62,614 nt of DNA, taken from the UHGV virus genome UHGV-1371743. One strand, 5' to 3'. This DNA is from a virus. The position numbers and the translations under genes are program-made. This document shows, piece by piece, positions 26,298-36,282 of the stretch. Numbering within the stretch: position 1 is the stretch's first letter; every line of letters begins with the position of its first letter. Below the pieces are notes generated by a model. That model did not search any database. It worked only from the letters and a program-made list of their open reading frames with translations, and was not told the origin of the DNA.

Positions 26298-26915
26298 TTG
26301 AAGAACAAAACAAAGAACAGTACAAGGGCGGCTGTGAGTCGATACGATGAAAAATTTGAGCGAGCAATGATAAGAATGCCAATAGGAACTAGAGCAATGA
26401 TAGCAGACACAGATCTGAGTGTTAACGCTTTCGCGAACGATGCAATAGAAAGACAGTTAAAAGCGTTGGAAATGTTTGATTTTGAGGACGATATAAAGAG
26501 TATGACACCGCCGAAAGAAGTTGACGGAAAGCCGGTTTATAATTTCGTGGACGAAAGAAAACATATAAAACCGGGCAGATGGTGGCATGACGTTGTATTC
26601 TTTTGGGATGATCTGGAACTAAACGACTTATTTATCAGGTTTATGGACGAAGAAGAGCCAGGAAATAATAACTACAAAGACGGATGCCGGATTATTTTTG
26701 ACATTGTCGATACTTCCAGATATGAAATTGTAGACGCAAAATACACGGACGAAGAGCTGGCACGAATGACATACAAGCAGTTAAAGAAGATTCCCGAAAA
26801 AGACTTTGGGGGAAAGCAGGACAACGCCGATAAATTAAAACGTAAGTTTAGAAAATACCTGTATAAAGGCGAGAAACAACCGTTATATGATTTTCTCGGA
26901 GTTGGTCAAGAATGA
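26298..26915 (+). CDS. hypothetical protein (TTG start as in the ORF track; true start uncertain)
   Basis: 205 aa ORF with an acidic middle region. Confidence 0.4.
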   Translation: MKNKTKNSTRAAVSRYDEKFERAMIRMPIGTRAMIADTDLSVNAFANDAIERQLKALEMFDFEDDIKSMTPPKEVDGKPVYNFVDERKHIKPGRWWHDVVFFWDDLELNDLFIRFMDEEEPGNNNYKDGCRIIFDIVDTSRYEIVDAKYTDEELARMTYKQLKKIPEKDFGGKQDNADKLKRKFRKYLYKGEKQPLYDFLGVGQE

Positions 26916-27205
26916 ACGGAAAACAATTTATTTGCAACAGCTCTATTATGACAGATAGCACTTTGAGCAGATCCGCGAAATGGCTGTATGTGGTGCTGTC
27001 GTTCCTGTATGGTCAATATGGCTTTAAAACGGGATATTTCTACCGTACAAATGAACAGCTTGAAAATGATTCTGGAATTGAAAACAGAACATTAAAAAAG
27101 TGCAAAAAGGAACTTATTGACGCCGGATATATAAAGGTTTGGCATCATAACACGAATGAAAATACAAAAAATATTAGGGTGTGTTTTTATTCAATTTTGA
27201 AGTGA
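26912..27205 (+). CDS. wHTH DNA-binding protein (RepA_N/DnaD-like N-terminal domain, truncated-size)
   Basis: 'LSRSAKWLYVVLSFL...FYRTNEQLENDSGIENRTLKKCKKELIDAGYI' matches the LS..AK.LY..L ... wHTH pattern. Confidence 0.4.
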   Translation: MNGKQFICNSSIMTDSTLSRSAKWLYVVLSFLYGQYGFKTGYFYRTNEQLENDSGIENRTLKKCKKELIDAGYIKVWHHNTNENTKNIRVCFYSILK

Positions 27206-27207
27206 AA

Positions 27208-27231
27208 GGGGTGTAAAAACATCCCTTTTTT
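27208..27231 (+). terminator. rho-independent terminator
   Basis: ggggtgt-aaaa-acatccc stem followed by tttttt. Confidence 0.55.
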
Positions 27232-27785
27232 GATGCCTAAAAATATATAAGCATCTTATACGATTTCAAAATAAGCAGCTTATACGCTCAAACATACCGC
27301 AAATCCCTATTTTACAAGGGTTCGCATTACTTTTCTAAAACTCTAAAATACATGGATTTTCTATCTTTTTTCTTCAAAATTTCGATTTTATATAAGTTGC
27401 TTATATGTTTTTTGTCCTTTAGATGGTGTAAAATTTTCCCCTAGGTATGGTGTAAAAAAATCACCACCTAAAAGATTATTGATAAAGATTACAAGAAGAA
27501 AAAGAAATATTAAAGAAAAAGTGAACTCACTGACTGAATCATTTTCGAGGTATTTTGGGGATGATCTGACATCCGATCAACCAGACATTCGGGAATTGAT
27601 ATTTTTTAATCTATGCTTGACGATTATATTTTATCGGTGTATATTATGGGCATACAAACAAACGGTTTTTAATTTATAAAATTAAATACAATTAAATCCG
27701 CCCAAATCCCGGCGGTGTGAGAATGGATTCGGGAGATCCGCAACTATATGTTGTGGGTCTCTTTTTTATTATTAAGTGTTAGGAG

Positions 27786-28472
27786 GTGCGGAAAATGGAG
27801 AGAGTACAGGATGCAGAGCAGACAGTCGAAGTATTTGAGAATGAAATACAAATGTATTTGTCTATGTTCTGCGAATCCAACGCGATAGAAAGTGAGTATG
27901 ATATATTGCCGAGCCAATGGAACGCAGCGCTGAGCTATATTTATAAACACGTTATAAAACCAAATCCCGATATATTAACTATACCTCATACCGTTAGTAA
28001 TAGTTATAATATTAATGCTGTTGATGATCTGTTAGAGATGTATATCTATATGTGTTACTGCCATAATCAAGAGATAAGTATAAAGGGATTTTGTTTATTA
28101 TCTGGTATATCAAGAGATACAATACATTCGTGGGGGAATAGTAATACAAGGGCTTATATATACAAGGACTTACAAGGGAATATTATAAGTGATATAGCAG
28201 TTAACAACCTGAAAGAAGGGGAGTATATCAAAGAACCAAGTACAGCGGCCTCAGACATTTACAAAAAATTAGTGGAAAATAACGAGGAGTCTCTCGTTTG
28301 TTTGCTAAAAGACAGAAGAAACAACCCAATGAAATACTTGCCGATACTTAACAAACGTCACGGTTGGAATCTTCCGGGAGTGAGCAAGGAACGGACTAGC
28401 GAAAGAGCATTAACAGCTTCGGAACTTCCGAAACTGGGAGAAGTAAAGCAGATCGAGAGCGAAAAAGATTGA
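27786..28472 (+). CDS. hypothetical protein (possible small terminase or DNA-binding packaging protein; unrecognised)
   Basis: 228 aa ORF. RBS 'aggaggtg'. Confidence 0.35.
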   Translation: MRKMERVQDAEQTVEVFENEIQMYLSMFCESNAIESEYDILPSQWNAALSYIYKHVIKPNPDILTIPHTVSNSYNINAVDDLLEMYIYMCYCHNQEISIKGFCLLSGISRDTIHSWGNSNTRAYIYKDLQGNIISDIAVNNLKEGEYIKEPSTAASDIYKKLVENNEESLVCLLKDRRNNPMKYLPILNKRHGWNLPGVSKERTSERALTASELPKLGEVKQIESEKD

Positions 28473-28721
28473 TGTATTTTAACATTTAGAAACGGAGAAT
28501 AATTTAGATTAAAATATATCATTGACATTGGTGCAAATATAATAAAACACGTATAGATGTATTTGATAAATAAGGATTTATTCGATAGATACATATGTTC
28601 GATAGTAAATGAATGATACCTACCCCTCTATACACGAACGCAAAAATCTGCCTACTTAGTCCCCCAAATTCCGAAATAAACAAAAAGAGGTATTTATGAG
28701 ACAGACAGGAGGTTATATGTC

Positions 28722-29066
28722 GTGATATTAGCACTAACAGAAGAACAGGCAATAGAAATACGAAAAACCGGATTGTCTGTTATACAGTTTAAGTATTGCA
28801 TCAAGAATGGAATTAGCATAGCGGTCTACAATTTAAGACAATTCCTCATTGCTGCTAAATCAGCATTCGAGAAAATGGGAAAATTATTCAAGCGTGTTAG
28901 AGATGTCATTGACGATATTCGGTACTTTTTTGAGACAGTACAAGACAGGCTCGGATATCCGGTTTCAAGAAGATATAATTTTGTGAAAATTCTTGGCAAT
29001 ATTGGATACCGGAAACATGACGTTTGGGTTGCGACTCGCACGTATTTGCCAAGAAGTAACTGCTGA
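28722..29066 (+). CDS. hypothetical protein
   Basis: 114 aa ORF. Confidence 0.3.
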   Translation: MILALTEEQAIEIRKTGLSVIQFKYCIKNGISIAVYNLRQFLIAAKSAFEKMGKLFKRVRDVIDDIRYFFETVQDRLGYPVSRRYNFVKILGNIGYRKHDVWVATRTYLPRSNC

Positions 29067-29106
29067 TTTCAAAAATTTTTCAAAAAATAAAAAGAGGGTG
29101 ATACAC

Positions 29107-29259
29107 ATGAACGGATGTTGCGGAACTTGCAAATATGGTCACTACGATAAAATGCAAGGTTATGTATGTGTGAATGATGAAAGTGAATATGTAGCCGATT
29201 TCGTAGAATATGAGCATTGGTGTGAAGATTGGGTGAGTAAGAATAATGAAGATGATTAA
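29107..29259 (+). CDS. hypothetical small Cys-rich protein
   Basis: RBS 'aagagggtg', trimmed from ORF 28993..29259. Confidence 0.3.
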   Translation: MNGCCGTCKYGHYDKMQGYVCVNDESEYVADFVEYEHWCEDWVSKNNEDD

Positions 29260-29328
29260 GCGGTTATTCTGTAAGCATAAACATGTTGATCCATTATACA
29301 CATACCTGGAACGACAGGAAGATGGTTC

Positions 29329-29544
29329 ATGGATTACGCATCATGTTTGGAAGTGCATAGATTGTGGAAAGGAGATTTATTAATGATTAAAGGATTTTTG
29401 TTAGCGTTTAATGTAATTTTGTTTGCACTGTTCTTGATCGGAATGATTTTTGGATTAAAAACCAAAGAAACAGGAATGGGGTTGTTAAGCGGATCGGTCG
29501 CATTGATCATTGCATTAAATTCATTATTTATTTTAAATTCATAA
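29329..29544 (+). CDS. small membrane protein
   Basis: Two hydrophobic helices. Confidence 0.35.
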   Translation: MDYASCLEVHRLWKGDLLMIKGFLLAFNVILFALFLIGMIFGLKTKETGMGLLSGSVALIIALNSLFILNS

Positions 29545-29699
29545 GATTCTGTGAGGTGCTGGAAAAGGTAGACAGATTTAGTCGTGAGAACTGTGCAAAT
29601 TACTTATCTTGTGACACGAGCGAAAGCGTAGACTGTCGGAAAAAAGAAATCGAAAAGACATGGTTCATGTGTGGTGCAAATCCACACCCTCACAATCGA

Positions 29700-30324
29700 C
29701 GCAGTTTTTATTTTTTATTGTTTCATCCTTTCTCCCCATAGCGGAATGCTGTTAAGAGCCGTCACAAGGCTCGTGGGGATTTGAATAAGCAATTAAATAC
29801 AGCGTGAAGAGACGGTAGCGGAACAAGGTTTCGTGGAAGCACATATTTGTGTGGATGGTACAAGTCGGGTAAACATCTGGTCGAAACCCTGCCGATAAAC
29901 AACAGAAAATCATAACGCTTGTCCTCATTCGTGAGTGCCGACTAACTGTTGCATAATCTCAGTTGCTTGTTCTTGTCAGTAAAGACGTTAAAACCCGTCC
30001 TTATACCGAGACGATGAATCTGTTCCATCACGAGAAGATGGTTAAAAACTGTCGCCCTGGCATATGGCAAGTTCGCAATAATGTGCCGATATAGACATTT
30101 TCCACTCGTGGTCGGTTTGAAGTCCTGCAATGCTATACAATCGACAAAAAACTTAATCCAAAGGAAATGAGACAAATTCAGTGATTGCAGTAGTCTGGAT
30201 GCTTTGGATATTCGCCGGAAGTAATTAAATGAGTGACTGCTGGGCGGTCGAGGGTGGTTTATAAGGCGGATTAGTGTCAAGCATGGCACGATAAATATGA
30301 ATGCAAGCAGGGAAGACCTGCTTT
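29700..30324 (+). ncRNA. candidate large structured non-coding RNA immediately upstream of tRNA-Gln (GOLLD/ROOL-like class hypothesis)
   Basis: Roughly 600 nt with no credible ORF on either strand; the 115 aa minus ORF has a non-protein-like R/H/L-rich composition. Locally GC-enriched in an AT-rich genome, with several local stem candidates, and abutting a tRNA. Confidence 0.3.
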
Positions 30325-30395
30325 AGCCCTATGGTGTAATGGTAGCACACGAGACTTTGACTCTCGTAGAATAGGTTCAAATCCTGTTAGGGTTG
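30325..30395 (+). tRNA. tRNA-Gln (anticodon UUG)
   Basis: Manual cloverleaf: acceptor AGCCCTA/TAGGGTT; D-arm GTGT-AATGGTA-GCAC; anticodon stem CGAGA/TCTCG with loop CTTTGAC (U33, UUG, A37); T-arm ATAGG-TTCAAAT-CCTGT; discriminator G. Confidence 0.8.
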
Positions 30396-30532
30396 TGCGT
30401 CCCGCTCATTACCGGATAGACGAGCGCATGAGGTCAATGCCTCGGCAAAAAAAATCAATGCAAAGATAGGAGCAACTGCAAATCCTAGGAAGTTGTTCTC
30501 ATCTTGGAAACCTCACAGAAAGGGGAATTGTT

Positions 30533-31030
30533 ATGTGTGAATTTTGTGAAGAACAAAAGATAATTGAATTTTTTGATGGGAAAATTACATGGCATATCAG
30601 AGAAAAAGGAAAAGGTTATGACACGTACTATGCAAATAGCAAGACTGGGGAACTTGGAATAATCGATATTTCGTATTGCCCTATCTGTGGAAGAAAACTA
30701 ACAGATGGAGAAGAAAAGCATCTGCACGAAAATGAAGAAAAATTTACAAAATGCGATAAATGTGAGCAACTAGAAGAATGTAAGGAAAATAGAAAAGTGC
30801 TTAATATTAATTCTGGTTGCGAAGAATTTCCACATTATGTTCCAAACATAGGAACATTTTGTGGAAAAAAAGAAGTTGAAACAAATACAGACATTGCAGA
30901 ATCTATTGATAAAATTGCAAAACTAAACGATAGACATCAATCCGATTGCATTAAAATCAATCAACTAAATGTGGTAATTGATGTGCTTGTGGAAAAGTAT
31001 GCGAGATTACGGGAGGTCCATGGATTATGA
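30533..31030 (+). CDS. hypothetical Cys-rich protein
   Basis: 'CEFCEE...CPICGRK' zinc-ribbon-like N-terminus. Confidence 0.4.
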   Translation: MCEFCEEQKIIEFFDGKITWHIREKGKGYDTYYANSKTGELGIIDISYCPICGRKLTDGEEKHLHENEEKFTKCDKCEQLEECKENRKVLNINSGCEEFPHYVPNIGTFCGKKEVETNTDIAESIDKIAKLNDRHQSDCIKINQLNVVIDVLVEKYARLREVHGL

Positions 31031-31329
31031 TTCACGAGGAAAAATGGTACACATGTGATCGCTGCGGAGAACGGATTGAAAATCTGGTAGAAGATGTTCT
31101 TGATTGTCTGCCGGAAGAAGTTTCAGCACAAATTCCAAGAGACGATTATTTGAAAATTATGAGCGGAGAATCGGATATTTCTATCGTAAATGCGGAATTT
31201 GATGGAAAAGATACTGAAACAGTTACAATACGAAAAGTGTTCTTAACGAAAGAAGATACAATTCATTTGTGCGGCAAGTGTAAAAGGAAATTTGAGAGGT
31301 TTATGAAAAATGATAAAGAGGTTATGTAA
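31027..31329 (+). CDS. hypothetical zinc-ribbon protein
   Basis: 'CDRCGE ... CGKCKRK' motifs. Confidence 0.35.
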   Translation: MIHEEKWYTCDRCGERIENLVEDVLDCLPEEVSAQIPRDDYLKIMSGESDISIVNAEFDGKDTETVTIRKVFLTKEDTIHLCGKCKRKFERFMKNDKEVM

Positions 31330-31584
31330 TCTGTACATAAAGAGAAAAACAAAAAATCTAACACGAATTCCATTGTTCACAATGACATTTAATTATAAAA
31401 AATATAAAGAAAATGGAAAAGAGAATAGTTGTATGTTGTATACACTACACCCGGATATTGCGCGAGACGAATTTTTGAAAGAAAATTTGCAGAAATGTGT
31501 AGATTACATAAGAGAAAATTACGATATGGAAGTTTTTACTAAAATTTGAAATTGGAAATAGAATTTTGAAAAGAGGTATGCAAG

Positions 31585-31860
31585 ATGAAAATATATAATC
31601 CGTTCAAAAAAATTAGTAAACTGGAAAGAGAGCTAAAAGATTCTTTACTCGATTTAGATGACTTGAAAAGAGAAAACGAAAGACTTAGTGGAAAACTTGA
31701 ATATTTGAGAGAAAATAAAGAAAACCATGAAACAGGAATGTGGTGTAATGGATGCAAAAATCTTGTAAAATCAATGGAAGATACTGCTTTTGGTAGAAAA
31801 GAACTAAGATTTTGTATGTTAGACAACAAATGCAAAGACAGGGAGATAGAGAATGAGTGA
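31585..31860 (+). CDS. hypothetical coiled-coil protein
   Basis: 91 aa ORF. Confidence 0.3.
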   Translation: MKIYNPFKKISKLERELKDSLLDLDDLKRENERLSGKLEYLRENKENHETGMWCNGCKNLVKSMEDTAFGRKELRFCMLDNKCKDREIENE

Positions 31861-32212
31861 AAAAGAGATTCAGAAAAAGATTGTGGAGCAGTCTGGAACG
31901 ATTGCGAAAGCAATTTGTAAAGGGAAAGACGTGGAATTAAGAAAATCTGCAAGTGGCGTGTCTGTTGCGGAGATTTCCAAGAAAGTTGTGGCGAGATGAG
32001 CACAGCGAAAGGAATTATTTCTGTTATATTAGTAATACCATACATATTGCTACTAGGATCAATGACTTTTAGCGTGGAATTTTCAGATGGAACAGAAATA
32101 TGCTACAACGGATGGATGATATAATATCTAATGACATAGCCGAGATGGTGGCTATGTAACAAGTCGAAATGGAGGCTTCTTTTATTTTTGAGTAAAGGAG
32201 GTCTCTTTCTTT

Positions 32213-33958
32213 ATGTCTTTGGAACTTCAACAAGCAATCCAATCATACGAAAATTATATATCGGATAACGGAATAGATGAATCTGTCATTGATGCAATGA
32301 TAGAAGCGTGCAAAGTGGCATATCAGACGGAAAAAGACATTCCGTATGCACTAAAATTGTCTAAAAGGACAAAAGAGATTATTGAAAAGTTTGTTCTAAA
32401 CCTGACAGGTACTGATATTTGGGGGTTAGAGAAGTATTCTTTTAAAAACAAGGTCAAGTATGAAATTATAGACAAGTTTTATGAAGTTCTCTTGTTGGAA
32501 GCTCAGAACAAGATTGTCGACAGCGGTTTTCGGTATTTAGAACGAAAAAGAGAACCGAAAGAACGGTTTTATATGCCTAGAAGAAAACAATTCTTGAAAA
32601 TTGGTCTCGTGGATGCGTTGCAAGGAATGATTGATGATAAATATGACATTTTGTGCATGTCGTTAATTCCGGGTGCAGGGAAAACAACAATCGAAAAATT
32701 CTTAAATGCCTTAGTGATTGGTTGGTTTCCGAAAGATTTCACACTTTTTTACTCCCATAGTGGCGATATTACACGAATGTATTATGACGGTGTGTACGAT
32801 ATTGTGACAAACACGGACGAATATACATGGAATGAAATCTTCCCTGATTTACACGTTACAAGTACCAATGCGAAGATGGAGCAGTTTAACGTAGGAAAAT
32901 ATAAACCGTTCCCAAGTGTGCAATGTACATCTGTCGGAAGTAAAAATGCTGGTAAGGTTCGTGCTTCCAAGTTTTTGCTTGTTGATGATATGATTGGTGG
33001 AATCGAAGAAGCGATGAATCCAAGCATTTTGGATAAACTGTGGAATAAATACGCCGTAGATGCACGTCAGAGAAAGATACAAGACACAGACGGGAAAAAC
33101 TGCAAGGAAATACACATAGCGACTCGTTGGAGCGTACATGATGTGATCGGGCGCATTCAAAACATGTACGCCGGAAACCCAAGAGTAAAAGTGATTGCGG
33201 TGCCGGATATTGACCCGGTTACTGGAGAAAGCAATTTCGAGTATGAGTATAGCGGTTTTAAAAAAGAGTTTTTCGCAGACCAACAATTACTTATGGATGA
33301 TATTTCTTATCGATGCCTGTATAAGCAAGAGCCAATTGAGCGTGAGGGATTATTGTTCCCAGACGATAAAATCAGACGCTATCTGCATTTACCACATGGA
33401 GAACCAGAGATTATTACAGCTCAATGCGATACAAAAGGAAAAGGTACGGACTATTTTGTTATGCCTGTATTACAGAAGTACGGAGAAGATTATTACTGCG
33501 TGGATGCAGTTTGTGATAATACAGCCGATTATGAAATGCAGTATGAAAATGCGTCTAATGCGATTGTAAATAACCAAGTGCAAGAGTGCGAATTTGAGCG
33601 AAATGCCGGTGGAGATCGTGTGGCAATGGAAGTGAATAAGCGAGTAGAGCAAAAAGGATGGGTATGCAATATTACAGACGTTCCGACAGAGACGAATAAG
33701 GAAGCGAGAATATTTCAATGTTCTAACTGGATTTTGCAACACGTTATATTCAAGGACTCATCACTTTACAAACTGAATGAACCATATGGAGTGATGATGT
33801 CACTATTGAAACAATATTCAGTTTCGGGCAAAAAGCAATTAGACGATGTGCCGGATGTTTTTTCAAACTTTGCTATCCGAATGACAAAAGGGAACAGAGT
33901 TGCTAAAGCTGAAGCAATACACAACCCATTCAGAGGAGGATACGGACATGGTTACTAA
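32213..33958 (+). CDS. terminase large subunit
   Basis: Walker A 'LIPGAGKTT', Walker B 'KFLLVDDMIGG', and a C-terminal Asp-rich nuclease-like region. Sits immediately upstream of the portal. RBS 'aaaggagg'. Confidence 0.65.
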   Translation: MSLELQQAIQSYENYISDNGIDESVIDAMIEACKVAYQTEKDIPYALKLSKRTKEIIEKFVLNLTGTDIWGLEKYSFKNKVKYEIIDKFYEVLLLEAQNKIVDSGFRYLERKREPKERFYMPRRKQFLKIGLVDALQGMIDDKYDILCMSLIPGAGKTTIEKFLNALVIGWFPKDFTLFYSHSGDITRMYYDGVYDIVTNTDEYTWNEIFPDLHVTSTNAKMEQFNVGKYKPFPSVQCTSVGSKNAGKVRASKFLLVDDMIGGIEEAMNPSILDKLWNKYAVDARQRKIQDTDGKNCKEIHIATRWSVHDVIGRIQNMYAGNPRVKVIAVPDIDPVTGESNFEYEYSGFKKEFFADQQLLMDDISYRCLYKQEPIEREGLLFPDDKIRRYLHLPHGEPEIITAQCDTKGKGTDYFVMPVLQKYGEDYYCVDAVCDNTADYEMQYENASNAIVNNQVQECEFERNAGGDRVAMEVNKRVEQKGWVCNITDVPTETNKEARIFQCSNWILQHVIFKDSSLYKLNEPYGVMMSLLKQYSVSGKKQLDDVPDVFSNFAIRMTKGNRVAKAEAIHNPFRGGYGHGY

Positions 33959-34382
33959 GGAAATTTTGATACAATATTCTGACTTGCAAGAAGAAATCAA
34001 GGAAGTTAGGGATAGAATAGAAAAAACCGAAAATCAGATTGAAAGAATCGAAAGGGAAGGTGCTGTATGCGATAAGGTAATGGGCGGAGACGGAGGTTTG
34101 CAACCGTTCAAAATAGAAGGTTTCCCATATCCAGAGTACAGCAGAAAAAAGACGCTTCTCTATGCGAGAAAAGCAACACTGACAGGGTTAGAGATGGAAC
34201 TCCTCGAAACATTAAACCAAGTAGAAGAATTTATAGCGAGTGTAACAGACAGCAGAATGAGAAGAATAATTACTCTTCGGTTTATTGAAAATCTATCGTG
34301 GAATAAAGTCGCTGACAGAATAGGCGGTGGGAACAGCGAAGACGGAGTTAGGATGTCATTTGAGAGATTTATGAAAAAATAA
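33948..34382 (+). CDS. sigma-70 region-4-like / ArpU-family-like regulator (tentative)
   Basis: C-terminal 'RMRRIITLRFIENLSWNKVADRIGG...RMSFERFMKK'. Confidence 0.4.
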   Translation: MVTKEILIQYSDLQEEIKEVRDRIEKTENQIERIEREGAVCDKVMGGDGGLQPFKIEGFPYPEYSRKKTLLYARKATLTGLEMELLETLNQVEEFIASVTDSRMRRIITLRFIENLSWNKVADRIGGGNSEDGVRMSFERFMKK

Positions 34383-34517
34383 AAGTTGTTCGGTATGTTC
34401 GGAAAAATTCTGTTAAACTTATAATTAGAGAAATAATAAATATTTCCAACAACATAAAACCCATAAGTATGATTGAAAAAGGACGCTTGATTGCGTCCTT
34501 TTTTCGTGGAGAAAACT

Positions 34518-34718
34518 ATGAAAGAGTATGAAGAAAAGAAGATATACTGTCCAAAGTGCGGACGGAAAGTCGGAACGCATGATGGGCGGTCAACAATAAA
34601 TAAAATTTGTAGATGCAAAAAATGCAATAAAAGAATTGTGTATCACGTTGATACAGGAGAAACAGAAATTAAAAATATTCCAAAAAGAAATTGTTCTTCA
34701 GGAATGACATTTGTTTAA
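34518..34718 (+). CDS. small zinc-ribbon protein
   Basis: 'CPKCGRK ... CRCKKCNKR' motifs. Confidence 0.3.
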   Translation: MKEYEEKKIYCPKCGRKVGTHDGRSTINKICRCKKCNKRIVYHVDTGETEIKNIPKRNCSSGMTFV

Positions 34719-34729
34719 GGTGGTGCTTT

Positions 34730-36172
34730 ATGTATAACTATCCACATAAAAATTACAGACCGTTTTCTGCTATTTGCGATTGTGGATTTGGTAGGAAAAT
34801 CATTTACACAAGGCAACGACAGATCACATGGAGAAATATCGTAGATGAATTGAACAAAGCACTTGCAATTCACAGACAGAATGCAGCGGAAATCGAGTAT
34901 CTTGACCGTTACTATCGTGGAGATCAGCCGATTTTATATCGAAAAAAAGTTAATAGACCAGAAGTGAACAATAAAATTGTTGTCAATCTTGCATATGAGT
35001 TGGTAGAGCGAAAAACTGCTGATATTTGTGCAGAGCCGATACAATACGTCCTTCGTGGTACGGACGATAAGAAGTCAGATGAAATCTCATGGCTCAACGC
35101 AATTATGGATTCCGAGAATAAACAGGAATGCGATATTGATATTTGCAGATGGCGATCCATCTGCGGTACTGCATATCGGTTTATCGGAAATGATGAGGGA
35201 AATGGTTCGGTTTTGGACGAAAGCGACTTTGAGTTGTCTTCTGAAAACCCGATTTATACATTCGTGGTGTACTTTCCGAATAATAAACCGGCTTTTTCAT
35301 GCCAGATTCGAGAAGATGAAAATGGTCAGGAGTTTTATTTTTGCTATACGAACGGTCAGTGGTTTGAAATTTCAGAAGGGAAATTGAGAAGATTCGGGGT
35401 AAATGGAAATGGAGCAATTCCGGTTATTGAATATCCGAATAATTCCCGTAGGCTTTCTGATATTGAAATGACTATTGCCATTACAGACGCAATCAACACA
35501 CTTTCTTCTGACAGAATCAATGGAATTGAGCAATTTGTCTCTTCGTGGGTGAAATTCGTAAACTGCGAAGTAGATAGAGATAGCTTCTTGAGCATGAGAC
35601 AAGAAGGTGCGCTTGTTGTGAAGTCTAACAATGGAATGGAAAACAAAGCGGACGTTGATGTAATGACAACGGAACTGAATCAGACAGAGGGGCAAGTTGT
35701 ATTTAATGATTTATTTGAGCGTTTTCTTGATATTCAAGGGTTGGCAAACCGAGCAAGTATAAATTCTGGTGGAGATACCCAAGGCGCAGTCAATCTACGC
35801 AACGGACATTATGATGCCGGACTTCGGACAGCAATTAATGAGCCTATCTTGAAAAAGTCGGAGAATATGTCTATTAAGATTATCCTGAACCGACTGAGAA
35901 TTTCAAAAGGTTTTACGCTTGTGCCGAGCGACGTAGAAATTCATATTAACCACAACAAGTTAGACAATATGATGGTAAAAGCGGAAGTTTTACAGATTTT
36001 GTTGAACTGCGGAATTCATTATAAACGTGCAATCAAGGTCATTGACATGTTTAGCGATCCAGAACAAGTTGCAATCGAAAGTAAAAACCGGATGGAAAGC
36101 CTTTATCCAGACAAAATAGAGAAACAAGAAAAAATAGAAGAACCAGTTAATAAAAAAGTAGTCGAACAGTAA
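34730..36172 (+). CDS. portal protein (SPP1 Gp6-like)
   Basis: Roughly 480 aa with 'YYRGDQPILYRK...VNNKIVVNLAYELVERK...', directly after terminase. RBS 'aaggtgg'. Confidence 0.75.
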   Translation: MYNYPHKNYRPFSAICDCGFGRKIIYTRQRQITWRNIVDELNKALAIHRQNAAEIEYLDRYYRGDQPILYRKKVNRPEVNNKIVVNLAYELVERKTADICAEPIQYVLRGTDDKKSDEISWLNAIMDSENKQECDIDICRWRSICGTAYRFIGNDEGNGSVLDESDFELSSENPIYTFVVYFPNNKPAFSCQIREDENGQEFYFCYTNGQWFEISEGKLRRFGVNGNGAIPVIEYPNNSRRLSDIEMTIAITDAINTLSSDRINGIEQFVSSWVKFVNCEVDRDSFLSMRQEGALVVKSNNGMENKADVDVMTTELNQTEGQVVFNDLFERFLDIQGLANRASINSGGDTQGAVNLRNGHYDAGLRTAINEPILKKSENMSIKIILNRLRISKGFTLVPSDVEIHINHNKLDNMMVKAEVLQILLNCGIHYKRAIKVIDMFSDPEQVAIESKNRMESLYPDKIEKQEKIEEPVNKKVVEQ

Positions 36173-36282
36173 TCGGCTACTTTTTTATTTTATAAATTTG
36201 CAGTTATGCGTCAAATAGCAAAAGCAAAAAATCCAAGCTGATAGAACAGCGAAAACAAATGTAGATCACGGAGGTAATCAAA

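Noticed and set aside
29942-30289. 115 aa minus-strand ORF in the tRNA-proximal gap
   Set aside because: Composition is strongly R/H/L/S-biased with no RBS. It looks like chance translation of a GC-richer non-coding RNA region.
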